39,787 bases of DNA, taken from NCBI GenBank assembly GCA_963733195.1, contig CAVTCR010000048.1, forward strand, positions 1 through 39,787. Direction: 5' to 3'. Below, piece after piece: positions 1 through 8,738 of this stretch. The translations under genes were made by a program, and so were the position numbers. The notes under the pieces were generated by a model that worked only from the letters and a program-made list of their open reading frames with translations, was not told the DNA's origin and made no database searches. Source of the stretch: an uncultured delta proteobacterium. GTDB lineage: Bacteria; Desulfobacterota; Binatia; Bin18. The stretch's first letter is position 1; every line of letters starts with the position of its first letter.

Positions 1-13
1 AGTGGGGTAACCG

Positions 14-1144
14 ATGTTGCCGCTGTCGTCATCGCCGATAGCGCGCGTCGTACTCGTTCATCCCTCGCCGCCACTCTTTGAAGTCGCCAACATCGTGCGA
101 GCGTATGGTGCCGCGTTTCAGGCCACGCATACCGTGTCGCACGCGCAAGCCCGCGTCTTACGGGCTATTGCCCACTGCCGCACAGCGGCGCTGGGTGGGC
201 ATGTCGAACACTGTGTGAGCTGCGGGACGGAGCGCGTCTGTTACGACTCGTGTCGCAATCGGCACTGCCCCAAGTGTCAAGGCAGTGCACGGGCCAAGTG
301 GTTAGCGGCGGAGCAGACTTTACTGCTGCCGATTCCCTACTTCCAGGTCGTCTTCACCTTACCCCATCAACTCAATCCCCCCATTCGCGTGAACCAACGG
401 ACCCTCTACGACTTGTTGTTCCAGACAGCCGCCCAGACTTTGCAGGCGTTTGCCCGCGATCCCACACACCTCGGCGCCGAAATTGGGATCACGGCCGTGC
501 TGCACACCTGGGGCCAGACGTTAACTGAGCATGTCCATGTCCACTGCGTGGTCACGGGTGGAGGCCTGAGTTTAGACGGCACGCAGTGGCGCGCGGGTTC
601 GCGTCGCTTTCTGTTTGCCGTCAAAGCCTTGGGCGCAGTCTTCCGGGGCAAGTACCTCGCCGGGTTGGAGCGAGTGCGCCGCCAGCGGCGGCTAACCTTT
701 GCGGGGGCGAGTGCGCCGTTGGCCGAGGAGGTGGCGTGGACCACCTTGCGGCACCAGCTCTACACTAAACCGTGGGTGGTCTACGCCAAGCCGCCGTGGG
801 GCAGTCCCGAGCAAGTGCTGAAGTATCTCAGCCGCTACCCCCATCGTGTGGCGAGTGCCAATTCGCGGCTTGTCTGTGTGGGAGATGGTGTCGTGCGGTT
901 TTGCTATACCGACTACGCCGCTGGAGGGACCGCCAAAGTGATGGCACTCAGGGCGGAGGAGTTTCTGCGCCGCTTTCTCCTCCATGTCGTGCCCACCGGC
1001 TTCGTCCGCATTCGTCACTATGGCTTGCTCGCTAATCGCACGCGGCAGGCCAAGCTTGCCCGTTCCCGCCGGCTCTTGGCCATTGTGGCCGCAACGCCGC
1101 TGCTGCCTACCGCCTCAGTGCTGGCCACGGCCACGGCTCCCTAA
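14..1144 (+). CDS. IS91-family (Y2/HUH rolling-circle) transposase with N-terminal zinc-binding domain; C-terminal tail probably frameshifted, true end about 1233
   Basis: CRTAALGGH..C..C..SCRNRHCPKCQ Zn domain; VLHTWGQTL.EHVHVHC HUH motif; YLSRY two-Tyr motif; FLRRFLLHVVP.GFVRIRHYGLLAN. The HWRRITRLLPQRGHPP* tail continues in another frame to TGA 1231-1233. Confidence 0.9.
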   Translation: MLPLSSSPIARVVLVHPSPPLFEVANIVRAYGAAFQATHTVSHAQARVLRAIAHCRTAALGGHVEHCVSCGTERVCYDSCRNRHCPKCQGSARAKWLAAEQTLLLPIPYFQVVFTLPHQLNPPIRVNQRTLYDLLFQTAAQTLQAFARDPTHLGAEIGITAVLHTWGQTLTEHVHVHCVVTGGGLSLDGTQWRAGSRRFLFAVKALGAVFRGKYLAGLERVRRQRRLTFAGASAPLAEEVAWTTLRHQLYTKPWVVYAKPPWGSPEQVLKYLSRYPHRVASANSRLVCVGDGVVRFCYTDYAAGGTAKVMALRAEEFLRRFLLHVVPTGFVRIRHYGLLANRTRQAKLARSRRLLAIVAATPLLPTASVLATATAP

Positions 1145-1463
1145 CTGACCGCTGCCGCTCCCTGCCCCCCTGTGCTGGCACCCACTGGCGCAGGATTACC
1201 CGCCTCCTGCCACAGCGCGGGCATCCTCCATGATCCCTCACCGAAGCATTCCTCGATGGTGGACACGACAAGCTTCACTGCTCGGAAGTCTCCTCACGCA
1301 GCGAATGGTTCTCGTGTGTCCGCCACCCGGCTTTCCCCTCGGCTCACAACCGTCGGCGGCATCCCTTCCACCACCTTCCCTATCTTTGGTCCCCGCTGGT
1401 CGATTCCGCTGCCTCCTCGCCCTCGCCCTCACCGATAGTATCTCCATTGGCAGCGTGCCCTAG

Positions 1464-3149
1464 CCCGGATTATTCATGAGGATGCAGGACGAAACGGCTC
1501 GCCTCTGCTAAGGTCTGAAGCTGTCAAGACTTTCGGACCAGTCGCAAAGGAGCGAGCCGATGGCAGAGGGTATTGCACAACTCGCACTGAACTTCCATCC
1601 AACCCACCCGATCTCCGTCGCTTTTGATGCGCCGCATATTTCCAGTGATGGCGGTGCGCTGTTACTCCGCCAGATGGATGATCGCCTGGGGCTGAGTGAG
1701 CGGGTGGCAGCTTTGCTGCCCGACGCGCGGGATCCGCGCAAAGTGAAACATGATCGCCACGAGCAAGTTCGGCAGCGGCTCTCCCAGATTGCCCTGGGAT
1801 AGGCAGATTGTAACGATGCGGATCGGTTGCGGCATGACCCCTTACTCAAGCGTGTTTGTGATCGCTCCCCCCAAGCCGAAGGTCGCTCCTCGCAACCGAC
1901 TCTTTCGCGGTTGGAGAACGCGGTGGATGGGCGGACGCTGCGCCTGCTGTTACGCGAGATTGAGGAGCCGTAGGTGAGCTCGTTCACCGCCGCGCCAGAG
2001 GTGATCGTGTTGGCTATTGACTCCACGGATGACCCTACGCATGGCCACCAGCAACTCTCCTTCTTTCCTGGTTACTATGATCACCACAGGTATCACCCGT
2101 TATTGATCGTTGATGGAGAGAGTGGACAAGTGGTGAGGGCGGTGCTGCGACCGGGCAATGTCCATGCGGCGCGCGGCGCGATGGGCATCCGACGACGGAT
2201 TCTTCGTCGCCTCAAGCCGCGCTTTCCTCACGTGCCGATTGTCGTGCGTGGGGATTCCGCGTTTGCTGTCCCGCGTCTGTTGCGGCTGCTGGAGGAGCAG
2301 GGAGCGGGAGCTCGGCGGGATCGCCTACGTCTGTGGGCGGGCGCAGAATGCCGTGCTGCTCCGCGCTGGGGCGGCAGCGTTGACGGAAGCCCGCGCACGC
2401 TTTCAAGCCAGCAAACAGACCGTGCAACACTTCGACGCCTTTGCCTACGCGGCGGAAACCTGGTCGCAGGGCCGCCACGTGGTCATGAAAGCGGAGGTGA
2501 GCGAGCAGGGGGCCAATCCGCGCGTTGTCGTGACTTCGCTTCCAGAGTTCGCTCCCGCGCTACTCTCTCAGGCGTATTGTGAGCGGGGACAGTGCGAGAA
2601 TTTTATTAAAGACTGCAAAAATGCGCTGCAAGCCGATCGCCTCTCGTGCTCCACGTTTGCCGCCAACTTCTTTCGCTTGCTCGAACATGCCACGGCCTAC
2701 GTGCTCTTTCATGCGCTGCGCACCCAGGTGGTCCCCCTAGCGCCGCAACTGGGGCGGGCGCAGTTTGATACCTTGCGACTGCAGTTGTTAAAAGTGGCGG
2801 CGCTGGTCTCGCAGTCGACACGTCGCGTGCTCGTCCGGCTCCCGTTCGCTTTTCCCTTAGCACGGCTCTTCCGCCAATCTCGCGCCGGCCCTCGCGGGGC
2901 GCCCCGTCTTGTCCTCCGCGTAATCTGGGCTCCTCCTCACAGAGAGATGGTCCTCTTTTCGCCCTCGCCTTGGGCATCGGCAGGGAGGAGTTCGTCTGAA
3001 TTCCACTCCTCAAGCCTCAGGGGCCCCGCGTACGTCCTCGTGTTCTTTGTCCCGGACTTCCACTACTCACTTTTCGTTATAATTTGGCCTCTCCTTGTGT
3101 TGCATCACACATCTTCCTCCCTCCGCTCCTTGCTCATGAATAATCCGGG
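1464..3149 (+). mobile_element. IS1380-family insertion sequence, inserted downstream of the IS91 transposase
   Basis: Perfect 17-bp terminal inverted repeats CCCGGATTATTCATGAG (1464-1480) and CTCATGAATAATCCGGG (3133-3149); CTAG target duplication at 1460-1463 and 3150-3153. Confidence 0.9.
1560..2923 (+). pseudogene. IS1380-family DDE transposase, disrupted (end approximate)
   Basis: Fragments FDAPHISSDGGALLL, IDSTDDPTHGHQQLSFF, VRGDSAF, YCERGQCENFIKD.K, TLRLQLLKVAA; in-frame TAG stops at about 1800 and 1970 plus frameshifts. Confidence 0.85.
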
Positions 3150-3200
3150 CTAGACTCGATAGCATCCCCATAGCGCCGACGGTCTGCGGGCCGCGGTTGC

Positions 3201-3290
3201 GTTCAACAGGATTTAAACGCCCTGCCAGACAGGGTAAAGGGCAAGTCTCTTTCTTCGTCCGCAGGGCCGATTAAATCCTTTGCGTTGGGC
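3201..3290 (+). other. attC-like recombination site 1 (90 bp), at the right end of the IS91 element
   Basis: R'' GTTCAAC at 3201 and R' GTTGGGC at 3284; internal arms AGGATTTAA/TTAAATCCT and GCCCTGC/GCAGGGC. The R' flank GTTGGGCGTCATG is the exact reverse complement of CATGACGCCCAAC at the end of the next cassette. Confidence 0.7.
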
Positions 3291-3312
3291 GTCATGAATA
3301 CCTGGTGGCGCT

Positions 3313-3334
3313 AGGTTAGCGAATCTGCTAACCT
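3313..3334. promoter_or_regulatory. Palindromic operator upstream of the toxin-antitoxin operon (probable antitoxin binding site)
   Basis: AGGTTAGC-gaatct-GCTAACCT inverted repeat ending 5 nt before the toxin ATG. Confidence 0.55.
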
Positions 3335-3339
3335 GCACC

Positions 3340-3666
3340 ATGGCGTTCGAGATCGAGTACTTCCACGAGCGCGTGCTCGCCGAGATCGAGTCTTGGCCTG
3401 TCGATGTCCTGGCGGACTACGCCCGCCTTGTCGAGCTTCTTGCTGAGCATGGCCCAAGCCTGAGGCTTCCTCATTCGCGCGCATTCGGGGACGGGCTCTT
3501 CGAGCTTCGTCCTCGTGGTCGCTCCGGTATCGGCAGAGCCTTCTACTGTTTCCTTCTCGGCCGCCGCATCGTGGTGTTGCATGCGTTCATCAAGAAGACA
3601 CAGCAGACGCCAGATCGTGAACTGAAGCTGGCGCGCAAACGCCAGAAGGAGCTGCAAGATGGCTGA
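3340..3666 (+). CDS. higB: HigB/RelE-ParE superfamily toxin (Gp49-like)
   Basis: GPSLRLPHSRAFGDGLFELR..GRAFYCF...RIVVLHAFIKKTQQTP; toxin-first order, overlapping the HTH gene. Confidence 0.9.
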   Translation: MAFEIEYFHERVLAEIESWPVDVLADYARLVELLAEHGPSLRLPHSRAFGDGLFELRPRGRSGIGRAFYCFLLGRRIVVLHAFIKKTQQTPDRELKLARKRQKELQDG

Positions 3667-3976
3667 ACTCAAGTACAGGCCTGTCCGTCACGACCATGCT
3701 GCGTTCCTCGCCAAGGCCAAGGCCCGCAAGGGATTTGCCGAGGCCTACGAGTCCCTGGATCTTGAGTACCAAGTCGCGAGCCAGATGCTCACGGCGAGAG
3801 CCCGGGCGGGGCTCACTCAAGATGCTGTAGCCGAGCGTATGGGTACCACGAAGAGCGCTATTTCGCGCCTCGAGGCAGCGGGCAAGCACACGCCTTCTCT
3901 TGCCACACTGAAGAGGTATGCCCAGGCTGTCGGCTGCGAGTTGCAGGTCAAGTTGGTTCCGCAGAAGGCGGCATGA
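3659..3976 (+). CDS. higA: HigA-like XRE helix-turn-helix antitoxin
   Basis: ARARAGLTQDAVAERMGTTKSAISRLE..PSLATLKRYA; overlaps the toxin stop codon. Confidence 0.9.
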   Translation: MAELKYRPVRHDHAAFLAKAKARKGFAEAYESLDLEYQVASQMLTARARAGLTQDAVAERMGTTKSAISRLEAAGKHTPSLATLKRYAQAVGCELQVKLVPQKAA

Positions 3977-3977
3977 C

Positions 3978-4037
3978 GCCCAACCCGTCGCTCAAGCGGA
4001 CGCGCCTCCGGCGTGCCGCTTAGCTCAAACGTTAGCC
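3978..4037 (+). other. attC site 2 (60 bp)
   Basis: GCCCAAC...CTCAAGCGGACGCGCCTCCGGCGTGCCGCTTAGCTCAAAC-GTTAGCC: classical short attC directly after the higA stop. Confidence 0.9.
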
Positions 4038-4081
4038 GTGTGCCTTGATAAGCAGCCCTGGTAACACTGTAATCCTCCCTC

Positions 4082-4426
4082 ATGCGATTACCTAATGGCA
4101 AGCATGCTATCGTTGATCTCCGGAAGTTGCGCGATTATTGCTTGAATCCCGATAGTACTAGAGGTAGACACAAAGCACGAGTCTTTGCTGCGGCTCTCGG
4201 CATCACAGCGGCAGAGGCTTCGCAACTACGAGCAAAATTACTAGAGGCAGCACGAACCGCGGAAGCGCAACGTGGCGAGCTTGACCTGTATGGGCAACGA
4301 TACACAATTGATTTCGAGCTGGAATCACAAGTCGGCAAAGCCACTGTGCGGAGCGGGTGGATCATCTTACATGGCAAGACCGTGCCACGGTTGACGACGT
4401 GTTACATCAAGAAAAGGAAACGATAA
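4082..4426 (+). CDS. DUF6883-like protein (putative toxin), cassette-borne copy 1
   Basis: AIVDLRKLRDYCLNP...GRHKARVF...YGQRY..DF...VRSGWII....PRLTTCY pattern. Confidence 0.75.
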   Translation: MRLPNGKHAIVDLRKLRDYCLNPDSTRGRHKARVFAAALGITAAEASQLRAKLLEAARTAEAQRGELDLYGQRYTIDFELESQVGKATVRSGWIILHGKTVPRLTTCYIKKRKR

Positions 4427-4656
4427 TGCCGAAGCGAAAGATTAAATTGCTGGAGACCGTAGCCTTGCTTGAGGACTTGGCGGAGCGCAAGCTCAAGCGA
4501 GGTGAAGTTGGCACCGTGGTGGAGGTCCTCGCACCAGATGTATACGAGGTGGAATTCTGTGATGAGGAGGGGCAGACCTACGCGGAGCTAGCGCTGCGGA
4601 GTGAGCAACTTATACCGCTGCACAATCAAGGTGAGGCATTGAAGATTGTTGCTTAA
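4426..4656 (+). CDS. DUF4926-like protein (putative immunity/antitoxin), copy 1
   Basis: IKLLETVALLEDL..RGEVGTVVEVL..DVYEVEFCDEEGQTYA; TAATG stop/start overlap with the upstream gene. Confidence 0.8.
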   Translation: MPKRKIKLLETVALLEDLAERKLKRGEVGTVVEVLAPDVYEVEFCDEEGQTYAELALRSEQLIPLHNQGEALKIVA

Positions 4657-4675
4657 CACAGCTTGTGTGATACAC

Positions 4676-4771
4676 GGCTAACTAGGCGCACCACCGCATC
4701 GCTGCCCGGTTGCGGTTCGGGATAAATCTGAAAGGGCGCGGTTGGGCGGCTCGCGGTGCGCTTGAGCGTTA
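4676..4771 (+). other. attC site 3, with R' box split by group II intron 1
   Basis: R''-side GGCTAAC; ACACGGCTAAC is the reverse complement of the cassette start GTTAGCCGTGT (4031). Arms GCGCACC/GGTGCGC. GTTA (4768-4771) plus post-intron GGT gives GTTAGGT. Confidence 0.85.
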
Positions 4772-5539
4772 GTGCGCCAAGCGAAGCTTGGCGCTTCTTG
4801 TGGGGTGCAAGTCCCCACTGAGTAAGGTCTAACCAACCACTCATACCGAGTGTTGCAACTGTGGAGGAAGCAGTGACGTAGAGCCGAACGAGACAGTTGA
4901 AGCGTACACAGGGAACCACGTAGCCCGCAGGGGAGACCGCACTGCCCAAAGCTTGAGACAGCCTCGTCACAAGGAGAATGCAGATGGCGATGGTATTAAC
5001 GCGCCAGAAGCCAAGACAGAGGGATCGTTTTTTTTGGTGAGATCTCCGAGGATCTGCCGGGGTCCACAAAGAGCGTGGGAGGCGTGGAGAGAAGCGTCAG
5101 GAACTTGGGAGACCCTGTGGGTTCCAACTTGCAGGGACGCCTTGGGTATGGGATACGGATACTGAGCCACGCATTGGGGAAACCCTCGATACACGGTAGG
5201 CCGGACCCTAACCCCAGGAGGAAGAGCAAGTCGGTAGGCCAAAGCAACCACATGGAGCCAGGTCGATACCCGGCAGGGAGTCGGATCACCTCATAGTACT
5301 CGGCGGGCGGGAGAGCCGTCCACGGGGGGAAGGGGGTGACGGTGGGACGGAGCCTTCATAGGGAACTTGTGCCGGACATGCAGGGCCGGACTATCGCAAG
5401 CCAACCTCCCTGAAGGGAATAGCAATGTCCGGGGTAACCTGGATTGCGGAAGCGAGTCTCACTGAGGAGCCCGGTGCGGGAAAACCGCACGCCGGGATCT
5501 GTGCGGGGGGCGTCGGGTAACCGGCGTCCCTACCGCGAC
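4772..5539 (+). mobile_element. Group II intron 1, ORF-less (768 nt; IEP deleted), probably bacterial class E-like
   Basis: 5' GTGCG; domain V/VI GAGCCCGGTGCGGGAAAACCGCACGCCGGGATCTG...CCCTACCGCGAC ending in AY; EBS1 loop TAACGC (4997-5002) pairs with exon GCGTTA. Only a KPTSLKGIA-like IEP start remains. Confidence 0.88.
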
Positions 5540-5849
5540 GGTGGCTCTTCAAATCGATTGTGATTCAAGAGCCAAATAATGAGAACATTCTGTTTCCAAT
5601 AGCGCACGAAAGATCTCACCTATGAGTGTTCAGCGGAACCCCTCTTGTCTCTCAACTGCCACTGCCGCGATTGTCAGCGGGCCAGCGGCAGCGCCTACGC
5701 CCCGGTTCGGCCGTACCCGTAGCCGCCTTTACCCTGACGAGAGGCGACCTCAAGTATCACCGGGTGACCTTGGAGAGCGGGCATACGCTGGACCGGGGAT
5801 TTTGTCCGGAGTGCGGTTCTCCGGTGGTAATCAAAGGGCAGCGGATGTC

Positions 5850-6912
5850 TAAGCACCTAGGGATAAATTTTGTGGTATAAGGGCGTCTATGAAAACGCCG
5901 ACGAAATTTGTGAAGCCGCTGACCACAGCCCAGCGGGACCAACTGCAAGCGATTATGAAATCCACCGCTCCTCAGCGCACGCGCATGCGGGCGCATGCGG
6001 TGCTGCTCAGTGAACGACGGTATTCGCTCGATCAAATCGCGGACATCTATCAAGTGGATCGGGATCGGGTGAGCCAGTGGCTGGAGTGGTGGGAAGCCGA
6101 ACACCTGGAGGGGCTGGACGATGAGCCGCGCAGTGGCCGGCCGCCCAAGCTCACGGAAGCCGAGCGTCAAGACGCGCTGAGAATTACCTTGCAGGAACCC
6201 CGCTCGATCAAGACGGGGTTGAAGCGCATTGCGGACGAAGTGGGGAAACTCCTGAGTGGGGAGACCCTGCGCACGCTGCTCAATACGGAGGGCTACGTTT
6301 GGAAGCGGATGCGGCGCAGTAGCCGGGCGCGGCGCGATGAAGCGGAGTTTCGCGCGGCCGAGGCGGAGCTCGCGCAGCTGCGCGCCAGTGCCCTGGCTGG
6401 GACAAGCCCGTTTGACTTGTGGTACTACGATGAAGCCGGGTTTACCTTGCAGCCCGCTATTCCGTATGCCTGGCAACGGGTTGGGCAGCGCCTGGAGTTG
6501 GCGTCGAGCCATGGCCCACGCCAAAACATCCTGGGCTTCTTCAATCTGCACAATCAGTTCCTCTCCTTTGCTTTTCAAGGATCCATCGATTCTCACACCG
6601 TCATCCACTGTTTTGAGCTGTTCCGTCAGCAACAACAAAAGCCCGCGCTGGTGGTCGTCGATAACGCCCCCATCCATACCAGTGACGACTTTGAAGACGA
6701 ACTCGAACGCTGGCAAAAAGAAGACCTCTACGTGCAGTTTCTTCCCCCCTACTGTCCAGAACTCAACCTCATCGAAATTCTCTGGCGCAAGATCAAATAC
6801 GAGTGGTTACCCTTAGATGCCTATCAGAATTTCAAAACCCTGACCGCTGCGCTCTTCGCCGTCCTCAAAGGGATCGGCTCAAAATACCGCATTACTTTTG
6901 CCTAGGTGCTTA
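5850..6912 (+). mobile_element. IS630-family insertion sequence (coordinates include flanking TA dinucleotides)
   Basis: Terminal inverted repeats TAAGCACCTAGG / CCTAGGTGCTTA with TA duplication; interrupts the GFA gene. Confidence 0.9.
5889..6905 (+). CDS. IS630-family transposase, intact
   Basis: N-terminal HTH (GLDDEPRSGRPPKL); DDE triad YYDEAGF / VVDNAPIH / PPYCPELNLIE. Confidence 0.93.
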   Translation: MKTPTKFVKPLTTAQRDQLQAIMKSTAPQRTRMRAHAVLLSERRYSLDQIADIYQVDRDRVSQWLEWWEAEHLEGLDDEPRSGRPPKLTEAERQDALRITLQEPRSIKTGLKRIADEVGKLLSGETLRTLLNTEGYVWKRMRRSSRARRDEAEFRAAEAELAQLRASALAGTSPFDLWYYDEAGFTLQPAIPYAWQRVGQRLELASSHGPRQNILGFFNLHNQFLSFAFQGSIDSHTVIHCFELFRQQQQKPALVVVDNAPIHTSDDFEDELERWQKEDLYVQFLPPYCPELNLIEILWRKIKYEWLPLDAYQNFKTLTAALFAVLKGIGSKYRITFA

Positions 6913-7207
6913 ACTTTGGCCTTATCGGCCTGTGGGCCGCGAGTTTGGATGACCCGAGTTGGTTCCGCCCCACCGGGGACAATTTTGTGGTGAGTGCGCA
7001 ACCGTGGGACTATATGAATCCGGGGTTACGGAAGTTTGAGCGGACCCCCACGGACGAGCAAGCGCGGGAGATGCTGACCCTTCGCAGATAGCAGAGGAGA
7101 CGGCGCAAAAGTACGGTATTGCTTATCAAGTGAGGTAAGCTGATGCACGATCTGCTATACCGTAACGAGAAGCTCCAAGTAGTTCTGACAGAAGCTGAAA
7201 GGATTTC

Positions 7208-7537
7208 ATGTTCGTTCCGAATGCAGAGCACGCAGTGGTGGACATCCGCAAACTGCGTGACTATTGCTTGAACCCTCGCCATGATGATGGAAAACACAAA
7301 TCGCGCTTGTTTGCCGCTGTGGGTATCACCGCCAATGATGCGGAAGCGTTACACGCCGTCCTCCTCCAAATGGTGAAGACGCACGAGGCGCAATTAGGAC
7401 GACGAGATGCTTACGGCCAACGGTATATCGTCGACTTTTCCTTGACATGGCGCGGAAAGCAGACCACGATTCGGAGTGGGTGGATTATCGAGCACGGGAC
7501 AGATACCCCACGGCTGACAACGTGTTATCCTCTCTAA
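7208..7537 (+). CDS. DUF6883-like protein, copy 2
   Basis: Clear paralogue of 4082-4426 (DIRKLRDYCLNP..GKHKSRLF..YGQRY..IRSGWII..PRLTTCY). Confidence 0.75.
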   Translation: MFVPNAEHAVVDIRKLRDYCLNPRHDDGKHKSRLFAAVGITANDAEALHAVLLQMVKTHEAQLGRRDAYGQRYIVDFSLTWRGKQTTIRSGWIIEHGTDTPRLTTCYPL

Positions 7538-7553
7538 ACTAAAGAGGTGTGCA

Positions 7554-7802
7554 ATGCCAACCCCGATCAAACTCCTTGATGTCGTGGCGCTGACCGTTGA
7601 CCTCCCTGAATACAATCTCTGGCGTGGTCAGGTAGGAACAGTGGTCGAGATTCTGGCTGACGGCAGTGCATTTGAAGTCGAATTCAGCGATCGTGAGGGA
7701 CGCACCTACGAGTCCCTCGGTTTACGGCTAGACCAGATTATGGTGTTGCACTATGAACCTTTGACTGTCCCACCATCCTCAGCGTCAGAACCAACAGGGT
7801 AA
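7554..7802 (+). CDS. DUF4926-like protein, copy 2
   Basis: IKLLDVVALTVDLP..RGQVGTVVEIL..AFEVEFSDREGRTY; RBS AGAGGT. Confidence 0.8.
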   Translation: MPTPIKLLDVVALTVDLPEYNLWRGQVGTVVEILADGSAFEVEFSDREGRTYESLGLRLDQIMVLHYEPLTVPPSSASEPTG

Positions 7803-7840
7803 GGTTACCTCAGTTTGGGAACTAATGCTCAAGGAACACC

Positions 7841-7935
7841 AGCTAACCATGCGCTGCACCGCATCGCCGTCCGGTTGCGCTTCTGGAGAAGCTGAAAGGT
7901 CTCGCTTGGGCGGCAAACGGTGACTGGGACCGTTA
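7841..7935 (+). other. attC site 4, with R' box split by group II intron 2
   Basis: R''-side AGCTAAC; sequence homologous to attC3 (CACCGCATCGC..CCGGTTGCG..CTGAAAGG..TTGGGCGGC..CGGTG). GTTA plus post-intron GAC gives GTTAGAC. Confidence 0.82.
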
Positions 7936-8738
7936 GTGCGCCAAGCGAAGCTTGGCGCTTCTTGTGGGGTGCAAGTCCCCACTGAGTAAGGTCTAACCAC
8001 CTACTCATACCGAGTGTTGCAACTGTGGAGGAGGCGCCAATGTAGAGCCAAACGACACAGGTGAAGCGTACACAGGGAACCACGTAGCCCGTAGGGGAGT
8101 CCGCACTGCCCAAAGCTTGAGACAGCCTCGTCACAAGGAGAATGCAGATGGCGATGGTATTAACGCGCCAGAAGCTAATACAGAGAGATCGTTTTTTTGG
8201 TGAGATCTCCGAGGATCTGCCGGGGTCCACAAAGAGCGTGGGATGCGTGGAGAGAAGCGTCAGGAACTTGGGAGACCTGTCGGGTTCCGCCTGAGGGAAA
8301 GCCGTGGCGCACGGCGCGTGCGAAGCTACGGGCGTCCCTGCAGCGCTTCACCCAGTGGTGTCGGGAGAATCGCCATCGGCGGCTCAGCGAGCTGTTCAAG
8401 CAGTTAAACGGCAAACTCCGAGGGTATTACAACTACTATGGAGTGCACGGGAACAGCACGAGCCTCCAGCAATTCTTCGACGGCGTGGTACGTAGGCTCT
8501 GAAGTGGCTCAATCGGCGGAGCCAACGGCCCAGCTATACCTGGCAGGGCTTCAAGACTCTCCTGACGCACTTCAAGATTGAGCGGCCACGGATTGTGGGG
8601 TATCCAAAGATGAGAAAGGCAACTGCAATGGCTTGAGCTGGAATGCGGAAGCGAGGAGGGCTGAAGAGCCCGGTGCGGGAAAACCGCACGCCGGGATCTG
8701 GGCGGGGGCCGCTGGGTAACTGGCGGTCCTACCGCGAT
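7936..8738 (+). mobile_element. Group II intron 2 (803 nt), internally deleted relative of intron 1
   Basis: First ~350 nt closely match intron 1; EBS1 TAACGC at 8161-8166. It jumps at about 8290 into the maturase C-terminus; domain V/VI at about 8665-8738 ends CCGCGAT. Confidence 0.88.
8290..8636 (+). pseudogene. Remnant of the group II intron-encoded protein (maturase/X domain only, no RT domain)
   Basis: RTARAKLRASLQRFTQWCRENRH...LNGKLRGYYNYYGVHGN, then LKWLNRRSQRPSYTW in a shifted frame. Confidence 0.8.

Larger units (their letters stand above)
5612..7091 (+). pseudogene. GFA/CENP-V family protein, 5'-truncated, frameshifted and split by IS630
   Basis: YECSAEPLLSLNCHCRDCQRASGS, then RGFCPECGSP in another frame. 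After IS removal GQRMS/NFGLIGLWAASLDDPSWFRP rejoins in frame. Confidence 0.85.

Noticed and set aside
4653-5296. ORFs overlapping intron 1 (4653-5069, 4967-5251, 4996-5289, 5075-5296) and 7829-8230
   Set aside because: Shadow ORFs over structured intron RNA, with no protein motifs.
5757-6716. 319-aa antisense ORF
   Set aside because: Shadow of the intact IS630 transposase on the opposite strand.
4772-8290. The ~350-bp direct repeat (4772 and 7936) as LTR-like ends, a composite transposon or a DGR template/variable repeat pair
   Set aside because: Both copies are group II intron 5' domains with their own DV/DVI. Differences are not adenine-specific and no intact RT is present.
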